The position numbers were made by a program, and so were the translations under genes. A stretch of DNA of 64,000 bases, taken from assembly GCA_001465015.1 (NCBI GenBank), contig LNEO01000242.1:32896-96895 (forward strand), in the 5' to 3' direction. The DNA comes from Deltaproteobacteria bacterium Ga0077539. Its GTDB lineage: Bacteria; Myxococcota_A; Polyangia; Polyangiales; Ga0077539. Of this stretch, positions 47,715 through 58,529 are shown in pieces. The first letter of the stretch is position 1, and each line of letters opens with the position of its first letter. Below the pieces are notes generated by a model. That model was not told the origin of the DNA. It saw only the letters and a program-made list of their open reading frames with translations, and did no database searches.

Positions 47715-49349
47715 TCAGCGCAGGCCAGAGACGACGACGCGGATGGCGGTGAAGTTCAACGCAGCCGAGATGGCGTCGTCCATCCGTGGATCCTGAGCGC
47801 AGTTGGCGCCGGTGATCATGGTGTTGGACCTGCTGTCGAAGCAGGTGTCGACGACACGATCCATGTTGGTGTCGCGGAGGGCGCGCGCAGGTGTTCCCCC
47901 GCCTGGGGCGAGCCCATCGCCAGCGACGTCGATGTCTGGCTGAATTGGGCGGATGATGGGGCCAAGGATGCCGAAGCTGCAGCCGCTCGTGAGCAGGTCG
48001 AGCAGCGAGTACGGTGAGCCCATCGGAGCGGGAGCGGTCGGAATTGCGCAATTGGCTGGTGCGCCCGGCAGCCCTGCAGGCCACGGGATTCGATCGAGGT
48101 CACCGACAGTCAGCGCGCCGCAGAGGCGACCGCCGTTCAGCTGCTCGATGCGGTTGAGCGTCGTGTTGGTCGTGGTCGTTCCTCGGACCTGACCGCGGTA
48201 CAGGGTCAGCGCCGTGAGCGTGCCGGCGAGGTTGATGCGCATGACGATGGTGCCCGGGCCGCCGGTGAGCATTCGCGCGTTGAGCGCTGCCGGCGAAAAC
48301 GGCGAGGCAGGATCGAGCGCCATCGTGAGCTCCGAGCGCGGGATCGTGAACGCCTCTCCGGCCATGTTCTGAAACGGCGCGAGCGCGTCGGCGCCCGTGA
48401 AGAACGCGAGCCGGATCATCGGGTCGGTGACGCCAGCGCGGTCGTCGAGGTCCATGAAGTGCGCCAGCACGTTGGTCTGGCCCATGGTCACGCTGTCTTG
48501 CAGCGAGCTGTTGAGCGTGCCGATCGCGAGGCCCGTGATCGCTTCGCCGAGTCGATTGTCGATCACGCGATCGCCGTTGAGGTCGCACCCATCGGGCATG
48601 GTCGTCGTAGACTGCACGATCGAGATCGTGTTCGCGCGCAGGGTCTGCTCGAGGCGGCAACGGTCGCTGCAGCCGTCCCATCGCGTGGTGTTGTTGTCGT
48701 CGCACTCTTCGCCGGGATCGATACGGCCGTTGCCGCAGACCGCGCTGACGCCGGTATCGACGCCGGTGTCGACGCCAGTATCGACGCCGGTGTCGGGGCG
48801 CACTCCGCTGTCGACGCTGACGCCGGTGTCTCCGCCGACGCCGGTGTCCACGCGAACGCCAGTGTCCACGCCGGTGTCTGTCACGCGCGAATCGAAGGGC
48901 ACGCCGCTGTCGACGAGGACGCCGGTGTCCGGGCGAACGCCGGTGTCCATCACCATGACGCCCGTGTCCGTGCGAACGCCGGTGTCGGTCACCATGACTC
49001 CGGTGTCCGTGCGAACGCCGGTGTCCATCACCATGACGCCCGAGTCTGGATCGACGCCGGTGTCCATCGTCACGATGCCCGAGTCTGGATCGACGCCGGT
49101 GTCCGTGGGCGACGCGCTGTCGTCGGGCACTCCAGAGTCCTCGACCGTGGGAACGTCGTCGACCGTACCGTCCGGCGCCATCACGTCGCCCGGCGGCTGC
49201 CCGTCGGGGCGCGACGTGTCACCGCGCGTGTCGTTGGTGTTCGCGTCGCCGCCGTCGCCGGGCACCATCTGCGCGCTACAGCCTGCGGCAGTCAGCAGCG
49301 CGAAAAGAGCGACGACTCTCCTTGGGTCCTTCGAAGCGCGTGTATTCAT
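47715..49349 (-). CDS. Lipoprotein with a DTGV-type tandem repeat region and a myxobacterial Cys-rich repeat (CGNG..GEECDD...C)
   Basis: Interior ATG at 49349. Lipobox LLTAAGC. Repeats occupy ORF aa 231-349, followed by CGNGRIDPGEECDDNNTTRWDGCSDRCRLE and a ~310-aa C-terminal domain. Confidence 0.7.
   Translation of the reverse strand: MNTRASKDPRRVVALFALLTAAGCSAQMVPGDGGDANTNDTRGDTSRPDGQPPGDVMAPDGTVDDVPTVEDSGVPDDSASPTDTGVDPDSGIVTMDTGVDPDSGVMVMDTGVRTDTGVMVTDTGVRTDTGVMVMDTGVRPDTGVLVDSGVPFDSRVTDTGVDTGVRVDTGVGGDTGVSVDSGVRPDTGVDTGVDTGVDTGVSAVCGNGRIDPGEECDDNNTTRWDGCSDRCRLEQTLRANTISIVQSTTTMPDGCDLNGDRVIDNRLGEAITGLAIGTLNSSLQDSVTMGQTNVLAHFMDLDDRAGVTDPMIRLAFFTGADALAPFQNMAGEAFTIPRSELTMALDPASPFSPAALNARMLTGGPGTIVMRINLAGTLTALTLYRGQVRGTTTTNTTLNRIEQLNGGRLCGALTVGDLDRIPWPAGLPGAPANCAIPTAPAPMGSPYSLLDLLTSGCSFGILGPIIRPIQPDIDVAGDGLAPGGGTPARALRDTNMDRVVDTCFDSRSNTMITGANCAQDPRMDDAISAALNFTAIRVVVSGLR
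48747..49103 (-). repeat. Degenerate in-frame tandem repeats encoding (V/M)(x)DTGV(R/D)(T/P) units
   Basis: Translation DTGVDPDSGIVTMDTGVDPDSGVMVMDTGVRTDTGVMVTDTGVRTDTGVMVMDTGVRPDTGV...DTGVDTGVDTGVDTGV. The DNA shows reiterated gacgccggtgtc-type units. Confidence 0.85.
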
Positions 49350-49500
49350 ACAAAGGATCGTAAGCGCAGCCGTTGCGTTCGCGCAATTCGCTCTGCAAAT
49401 TCCGCGGCGAAACCAATGTGCGCCTTCGTGATCTTCTGTGCGCACGCGCGCATGTGCCCGCCGGTGGACGACTGTGGGACAGTGATAGAACGTTCGTCCC

Positions 49501-50409
49501 ATGCGAGGGACGATGGATCCGAGCTCGATCGAGCTGTTTGCGTCGGTGGTCGAGCTCGGCGGGGTTCGCGCGGCGGCGCAGAAGCTGGGGCTCGCGCGCT
49601 CGAGCGTGAGCCGGGCGCTCGCGGAGCTCGAGGCGAAGCTCGGCGTCAGGCTCCTCGAGCGCAGCACTCGGGCGATGAAGGTGACCGAGGCCGGAGCGCT
49701 CTTGCTCGAGCGGGCGCGGCCCGCGCTGGTGATGCTCGCGGACGCCGAGAGCGCGGTGCGCGCGCTGAAGAAGCGCCCCACTGGGACGCTCAAGATCGCG
49801 GCTCCGCCGCTGGTCGCCGAGCAGTTTCTCCCGTCAGTGCTCGAGCGATACGGTCGTCGCTATCCCGAGGTGAAGCTGGACTTGCGCCTCGACGACGCGC
49901 CGGTCTCGCTCGTCGACGAGGGCATCGACTGCGCGATCAGGACCGGGCCCCTCTCGGACTCCTCGCTCGTCGCTCGTCGCCTCGGCGCGGGGAGCGGTCA
50001 CGTGTACGCCTCGCCCGACTACCTCGCGTCCCGCGGCGAGCCTTCGCACCCGTTGGCGCTCAGCGAGCACGACACGATCGTGTTCACCGGCCGGAGGCAG
50101 CCCAATCGATGGGTGTTCGAGGCCGGCGACGAGCGGATCGTGGTCAACGTCGTGCCCAAGCACCGGGTCAACAGCCTCTTGCTCGCGCGCGACTTGTGTC
50201 GGGCGTCGCTGGGCATCGCGCACCTTCCGACGTTCATCGCCCGTGACAGCGCGCATCGGGGTGAGCTTCGCGAGCTCATGCCCGACTTTCCCTCGCCGGC
50301 GGCGAGCATGTACGTGGTGTATCCCAACGCCCGGCTGCTCGCGCCGAAGACGCAGGCCTTCATCGAGCTGTTGACCAGCTATTTCGCGACGATCGACCTG
50401 TCTCGCTGA
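49501..50409 (+). CDS. LysR-family transcriptional regulator
   Basis: N-terminal HTH FASVVELGGVRAAAQKLGLARSSVSRALAELEAKLGVRLLERSTR, and a C-terminal LysR substrate-binding domain pattern. Confidence 0.9.
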   Translation: MRGTMDPSSIELFASVVELGGVRAAAQKLGLARSSVSRALAELEAKLGVRLLERSTRAMKVTEAGALLLERARPALVMLADAESAVRALKKRPTGTLKIAAPPLVAEQFLPSVLERYGRRYPEVKLDLRLDDAPVSLVDEGIDCAIRTGPLSDSSLVARRLGAGSGHVYASPDYLASRGEPSHPLALSEHDTIVFTGRRQPNRWVFEAGDERIVVNVVPKHRVNSLLLARDLCRASLGIAHLPTFIARDSAHRGELRELMPDFPSPAASMYVVYPNARLLAPKTQAFIELLTSYFATIDLSR

Positions 50410-50418
50410 GGCTGACCA

Positions 50419-50439
50419 TTGTCCCTCGATCTGGGACAA
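50419..50439. promoter_or_regulatory. Palindrome TTGTCCC-N7-GGGACAA between the LysR and pirin genes (candidate LTTR box)
   Basis: A perfect 7-bp inverted repeat with a 7-bp spacer, 10 nt after the LysR stop and ~180 nt upstream of the preferred pirin start. It is compatible with the T-N11-A LTTR-box architecture. Confidence 0.3.
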
Positions 50440-50617
50440 AGTGTCCTGTCGTGTCCCGATGCGCCGAGGCGCGTGCTGACGCAGACTGTCTCTCGTGCGA
50501 AAGACTCACGCCGACGGGCAACGGTCGCTCTCTCGACGAGCGGCGCTTCGATACGCAGCCGCTGCGGGCCTCGTCGCGTGCGAGTCTCGTTCGACCTCTT
50601 CGACAGCAAGGACCATC

Positions 50618-51466
50618 ATGCAACCATCGATCGACACGACCGCGAGCGCCCGGCGCATCGAGCTGCGCACGCGCGGCAGCCGCCACGGGTTCATTCGGCG
50701 AATGGTGAGCCCCGGGGACATCGGCGAGCTGATCAAGCCGTTTATCTTCCTCGATCACATCGCGGGCGATACGAGGCCGGGTATGGGATTTCCCTATCAT
50801 CCGCACTCGGGCATCGCGACGGTCTCGTACATCCTCGACGCGGACGGAACCTACGAAGACACCACCGGCAAGTCGGGCGTCCTGCGCGCGGGGGGCGTCG
50901 AGTGGATGATGTCCGGCAGCGGCGTGTGGCACCGCGGCGGCGTCGTGGACGGAAGCTCGCCGCGCGTGACGGGCTTTCAGCTCTGGGTGTCGATGCCTCC
51001 GAGTCACGAAGAGGCCAGCGCCGAGTCGCACTACATCGCGCCGAGCGAGGTTCCCGAGGTCGACGGCGTGCGCGTGTTGCTGGGGTCGTACCGTGGCGCG
51101 GTGAGCCCTGTTCCTGCGCCGAACCCGATGGCGTACCTCGACGTCAAGCTCGCGCCGGCCCAGCGTTGGCAGCATCAGCCGCCAGCGACGCACGACGTCG
51201 CCTGGGTGTTCGTCCACCAGGGCACCGCGCTCGTGCAAGGACAAGAAGTGACCGACACGCTGGTGGTGCTCGAGAAGGGCAACGGCGCGCTCGACGTCGT
51301 CGCTCGCGGAGGCCCAGCGCGCGTGTTGGTGGGCACCGCCGAGCAGCACCCGCACCCGCTCGTGCTCGGGACGAGCTCGGTTCACACCGCGCGCGCGCCG
51401 CTCGAGCGCAGCCTGCGTCGCATCGGCGAGCTGGGGATGGACCTGCGCCGCCGCGGCCTCGTGTGA
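50618..51466 (+). CDS. Pirin family protein (bicupin)
   Basis: I prefer the ATG at 50618, which has AAGGA 6 nt upstream. The segments FIFLDHI...GFPYHPHSGIATVSYIL...G.VEWMMSGSGVWH match the pirin N-terminal cupin with its His ligands. Confidence 0.85.
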   Translation: MQPSIDTTASARRIELRTRGSRHGFIRRMVSPGDIGELIKPFIFLDHIAGDTRPGMGFPYHPHSGIATVSYILDADGTYEDTTGKSGVLRAGGVEWMMSGSGVWHRGGVVDGSSPRVTGFQLWVSMPPSHEEASAESHYIAPSEVPEVDGVRVLLGSYRGAVSPVPAPNPMAYLDVKLAPAQRWQHQPPATHDVAWVFVHQGTALVQGQEVTDTLVVLEKGNGALDVVARGGPARVLVGTAEQHPHPLVLGTSSVHTARAPLERSLRRIGELGMDLRRRGLV

Positions 51467-51473
51467 GCGACGC

Positions 51474-53093
<1,620 letters not shown>

Positions 53094-53139
53094 CGCGGCG
53101 CGGGTTTTACAGGGTCGGGCCCCGAGGCCGCTAGTGAGC

Positions 53140-53166
53140 AATGCGATCAATGCGATCAATGCGATC
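53140..53166. repeat. Three perfect tandem copies of AATGCGATC in a divergent promoter region
   Basis: aatgcgatc aatgcgatc aatgcgatc, located 47 nt upstream of the ABC-F start (opposite strand) and upstream of the 53188 ORF. Confidence 0.8.
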
Positions 53167-53187
53167 GGGGCGCCGCGAGGGCGTGTA

Positions 53188-53748
53188 ATGCGGGTGTCAT
53201 GTCCGAGCTGCGGACGGACCGATCGAGGCATGCGAAACTGCGCGCTGTCCATGTTGATGCGGCGTTTTTTCGAGTGCCCAGGGGGCTTCGTGGCGATCGG
53301 CGAAGACCTGTTGGTCGAGATGTGGCGAGCGCCGGCCAAGGCCGAGCACTTGAAGGAGCTGAACCGTTCGTTTCGCGCGGAGATCGCGCGGAGATCGCGC
53401 AGGTCGTTTGGGACACTGGCGGTGATGGCGATGCCGGCGTCCACGGTGCTCACGGTGAACGAAGAAGAGCGCAAGCTGATCATCGAGCGAGCGCTCGAGA
53501 TGACCGAGCTCGCGTTCGGCGGCGTGACCGTCGTGTCGATGAACGGGTTTTCGGGGGCGCTCGTGCGCGGCGTGCTCGGGACGCTCACGCAGCTACGAAA
53601 GCAGCGCTCTCCCTCGAAGATCGTGGGGACGCTCGACGAGGGCGTGGTCGCGCTGCGAGAGTTCTTCGCGAAGCACGGGCCCGGCGCGATCAGCGAGCGG
53701 ACGTTGCTTCAGGCGATCGAGGACAGCAAGCCCGCGGACTGGAAGTGA
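53188..53748 (+). CDS. Hypothetical protein (start uncertain)
   Basis: Part of ORF 53134-53748. From about FVAIGEDLLVEMWRAP onward the composition is protein-like and unlike the Arg-rich alternative frames. I recognised no family. Confidence 0.45.
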   Translation: MRVSCPSCGRTDRGMRNCALSMLMRRFFECPGGFVAIGEDLLVEMWRAPAKAEHLKELNRSFRAEIARRSRRSFGTLAVMAMPASTVLTVNEEERKLIIERALEMTELAFGGVTVVSMNGFSGALVRGVLGTLTQLRKQRSPSKIVGTLDEGVVALREFFAKHGPGAISERTLLQAIEDSKPADWK

Positions 53749-53757
53749 GCGCTTCGC

Positions 53758-55275
53758 TCACAGCCTCGCGAGGGCGGGACGCAGGCCGTCGCGCAAAGGC
53801 CTGGCGAGGTGCTCGGGCATGCGAGCGATCAGCTGTTCGACGAAGCGAGACATGGTGGTCTCGCGACGACCTCCCGGTTCTGCGAGCCAGGGCTCGATGA
53901 CGGGACCGGGCTCGATGCCGAAGGGGTTGGCCATCGCGTTGACAACATTGAGCGCCGAGCGGAGGGCGGCCTCCTGGCTGTCGAACCAGGTGTTCCACCC
54001 GCCAGCGAAATAGACGTTGCTCGCGCCTTGCAGCGCTTGCAGCGCGTCGCGGGCCTGGATCGAGGCGGTCGTCGGGTACAGAACCGAGTGCGAGTGAAAC
54101 AGCAGGTTGTCCGGCGGAGGGCTCGCGATCGGCGGGTTGGACCAGCTCTTGAACGCCGGGACCAGGCTCGAGCCCGCAGGCGGCCGGAGCGCGCCGAAGT
54201 ACCCGCTGAACGCGACGTTTCCGGTGTTGTTCGAGACCACGGTGTTGGCCGCTTGCCACGAAGCAGGGTCCGCGGGCATGTAGCTGGACTGCGGCGCTTG
54301 CAGGGTGATCGGCAGCTGGGCGTACTCGATGGCCTGCAACAGCGCAGGAGCGTTGGGCTGCGCCGCGCGGCCGCCGGCGTTGATCAAGTTCGCGGCGGTC
54401 TGCGGGTCGCACGTGAGGATGACGACGTCGTAGGGAAGGTACGTGCTGTTGACCGTGAGCCCAGGCTGCTTCTGGACCGGGTCGTAGCCCACGGACGCGA
54501 CGGCGGCGTTGACTCGAAAGTTTGTGTTGGGGGTGACGCTGCGGATTTGTGCGAGGATCCCGTCGAGGCCGATCGACGCGCTCTGGTACAGCGTGAACAC
54601 GTCGCCTGCGTCCGGCGCGACGACCGGTTGACCGGGCCATCCCGTGACGTTTCGAACGAAGTACGTGAGCGCGTAGAGCGCCGAGGACTCGCCGATGCGA
54701 GAGAGCGGCAGCGACACGAACTGATAGAGAAACGGCGTGAGGACCTTGTCCTTGAAATCTTGTGTCACCCACTGGACGTTCGGCAGCCACTGGGAGATCG
54801 AGGTCGACCAGTTGCCGCTCTTGTCGAGGGCCTCGGCTTGCAGGAGAAACGCGAAGAACTGCAAGAGGGACGGGATGTCCGAGAGCTTCAGCGTTCCGTC
54901 GAAGAAGTTTTCGATCTTCGATGGGACAAAGAGCGTGCGCGCGTTCTGGTCGGTGTCCCAGAGGCAGATGCCCGCTGGGTACGAGCTGACGTCTTGCTCG
55001 AAGAGCCCGAGGCTCTTCAAGAGACTGATGTACGTCGGCTGCGGATTGGCGAAGAAGAACTGCGCGCCCGCGTCGAGGCTGTACGTGACGTCGTTGTAGG
55101 TGTACGGGATGGACCAGGTGTTGCCGCCGAAGCGGCCCTGCGCCTCCCAGAGGTCGACGGTGATCGTCGCGTTCGGCACTTGCTGCAAGGCCCACGCGGT
55201 GAACACCCCCGCCGCGCCTCCGCCGACGATCCCGACGCGAAGCGCTGTGGTCTGACTCGACTTCGAACTCTTCAT
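53758..55275 (-). CDS. FAD/NAD(P)-binding oxidoreductase (amine-oxidase-like)
   Basis: Interior ATG at 55275. Dinucleotide-binding motif RVGIVGGGAAGVFTAWAL...LWEAQGRFGGN. The C-terminal FAGGW block is typical of flavin amine oxidases. Composition is visibly more A/T- and Asn/Gln/Ser/Thr/Phe/Tyr-rich than its neighbours. Confidence 0.75.
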   Translation of the reverse strand: MKSSKSSQTTALRVGIVGGGAAGVFTAWALQQVPNATITVDLWEAQGRFGGNTWSIPYTYNDVTYSLDAGAQFFFANPQPTYISLLKSLGLFEQDVSSYPAGICLWDTDQNARTLFVPSKIENFFDGTLKLSDIPSLLQFFAFLLQAEALDKSGNWSTSISQWLPNVQWVTQDFKDKVLTPFLYQFVSLPLSRIGESSALYALTYFVRNVTGWPGQPVVAPDAGDVFTLYQSASIGLDGILAQIRSVTPNTNFRVNAAVASVGYDPVQKQPGLTVNSTYLPYDVVILTCDPQTAANLINAGGRAAQPNAPALLQAIEYAQLPITLQAPQSSYMPADPASWQAANTVVSNNTGNVAFSGYFGALRPPAGSSLVPAFKSWSNPPIASPPPDNLLFHSHSVLYPTTASIQARDALQALQGASNVYFAGGWNTWFDSQEAALRSALNVVNAMANPFGIEPGPVIEPWLAEPGGRRETTMSRFVEQLIARMPEHLARPLRDGLRPALARL

Positions 55276-55469
55276 GTGACTCGATCGATGCCCCTTCCGC
55301 GAGCGAGCGCCGGCATCGACCCGCGTCCCTCGCGCTCGAAGCGTCACACTTTCTCCAGAGTTCCGTTGGTCACAATTGCGCGACAGTCGTGACGAGACCT
55401 TACACGAGCGAGAACGTCCATTCCGCGCGCCGCGCGCCCGCGCGCGCAGTGGGTCGGCGTCGGTGTCGC

Positions 55470-56138
55470 TCAGCCCTGGAGGTGTCGCGCGAAATGCGCG
55501 AGCGTTCGGCGCCACGCGTCGTGGGCGGAGGCCTCGTGGTAGGCCTCGGGGCGGGTGTCGTTGAAGAACGCGTGCCCTGCGCCGGGGTATACGTGCACGG
55601 ACGTGGGCGCGCCCTTCTTCGTCTGCGCCTCTGCGAAGGCCTTGGCGTCGGAAACCGAGAAGAACCCCTCGTTTTCGCCGAAGAACAGCACGCCGGGCGC
55701 CGTCACCTTCGAGAGGTCCGCGCCGCCCGGCGGAAAGCCATAGAACGCCGCGTACGCGTCCACCTTCGCGGCGTTGGCGCCGAGGACGGTGAGCGCTCCG
55801 CCCATGCAGAAGCCCGCGATGCCGACGCGGGTGCATCCCTCTTTGGTGCGCAGGTGATCGACGCTCGCGGCGATCTCGGCCGTGGCGCGGGCCCAGTCGA
55901 GGCCGTTCATCAAGTGCGAGGCCTCTTCGGCGTCCACCGTGGATTTGCCGTGGTAGAGGTCCGGCGCGAGGGCGACGAAGCCGTGCCGGGCGAAGCGCCG
56001 AACGACGTCTTCGATGTGCGGGACGATGCCCCACCACTCTTGGAGCACGATGACGCCGGCCTTCTCGTTGCTCGGGCGGGCGATGACGCCGTCGGTCGGT
56101 CCGCTCGCGAGGTCGATTTGAATTCGTGTGCTTGTCAT
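55470..56138 (-). CDS. Dienelactone hydrolase family protein
   Basis: 222-aa ORF. GVIVLQEWWG, FVALAPDLYHG, the nucleophile block GIAGFCMGG and YPGAGHAF are typical of the DLH family. Confidence 0.85.
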   Translation of the reverse strand: MTSTRIQIDLASGPTDGVIARPSNEKAGVIVLQEWWGIVPHIEDVVRRFARHGFVALAPDLYHGKSTVDAEEASHLMNGLDWARATAEIAASVDHLRTKEGCTRVGIAGFCMGGALTVLGANAAKVDAYAAFYGFPPGGADLSKVTAPGVLFFGENEGFFSVSDAKAFAEAQTKKGAPTSVHVYPGAGHAFFNDTRPEAYHEASAHDAWRRTLAHFARHLQG

Positions 56139-56154
56139 GGTCTCTGTACAGAGA

Positions 56155-57822
<1,668 letters not shown>

Positions 57823-57878
57823 GCGTTGTTTGGCCCAGGATGGTGCTCGCGTTTGCCGGTGCAGTACAGTGCCACGCC

Positions 57879-58502
57879 GTGAACGTCGTTCGAGCTCTCG
57901 TGGGCGCCGCTGTCGTAGCCCTTTGCTCTTGCAGCGGCCGGAGCGCAGAGACGAGCGCAACGGCCAGCACGATCCGGAGCGAGACGACCGCCGGAGGCGC
58001 AGGCATGCCTTCGCCAATCGCTCAGTCGTCGAGCGGAGACGATGTTCGATCATACAGACGCGGTGGAGGAACGATGCTCGTGGGCGAGGTGACCGGCGCG
58101 CAGGTGCTCGAGGCCGACGATCGTTGGCGCGGAGCGTACGGGAGCGCCGCGACCACTCCCGAGGGCGCTCGAGCGTTGGCCGCTGTGCCGACTGGAGCGC
58201 ACCTCGACGTGGTCTTCGGAATGTGGTGCGGCGACAGCGTCCGCGAGGTGACGAAGTTTCTTCGGTACGTCGAGCGAGGATCGCAGCCCTTCAGCTATCG
58301 GTTGATCGCGGTCGACCGCGCGAAGCACGCCGAGGGCTTCACCGAAGGCCGAGACATTCGCTTCGTCCCGACCTTCATCGTGATGCGCGACGGCCGAGAG
58401 GTCGGCCGCGTGATCGAGAGCCCTCGCACAGAGCTCGGCGCGGACCTCGCGTCGCTGTTGTCCGGAAGCGCCAGCGGGCCGATCACGGGCCGCGCGGATT
58501 GA
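57879..58502 (+). CDS. Thioredoxin-fold lipoprotein with a CxxS (WCGDS) motif
   Basis: A GTG at 57879 gives VNVVRALVGAAVVALCSCSG (signal plus lipobox). VVFGMWCGDSVREV and FVPTFIVMRDGREVGRV match the thioredoxin fold, but the second Cys is replaced by Ser. Confidence 0.55.
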   Translation: MNVVRALVGAAVVALCSCSGRSAETSATASTIRSETTAGGAGMPSPIAQSSSGDDVRSYRRGGGTMLVGEVTGAQVLEADDRWRGAYGSAATTPEGARALAAVPTGAHLDVVFGMWCGDSVREVTKFLRYVERGSQPFSYRLIAVDRAKHAEGFTEGRDIRFVPTFIVMRDGREVGRVIESPRTELGADLASLLSGSASGPITGRAD

Positions 58503-58529
58503 TGAGCCAATCGACACGCTGACCGCGGG

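Noticed and set aside
50495-50617. N-terminal extension of the pirin ORF resembling a Tat signal plus lipobox (SRRAALRYAAAAGLVAC)
   Set aside because: It would need a GTG start with no ribosome-binding site, whereas the ATG at 50618 has AAGGA 6 nt upstream. Pirins are normally cytoplasmic. I kept it as an alternative only.
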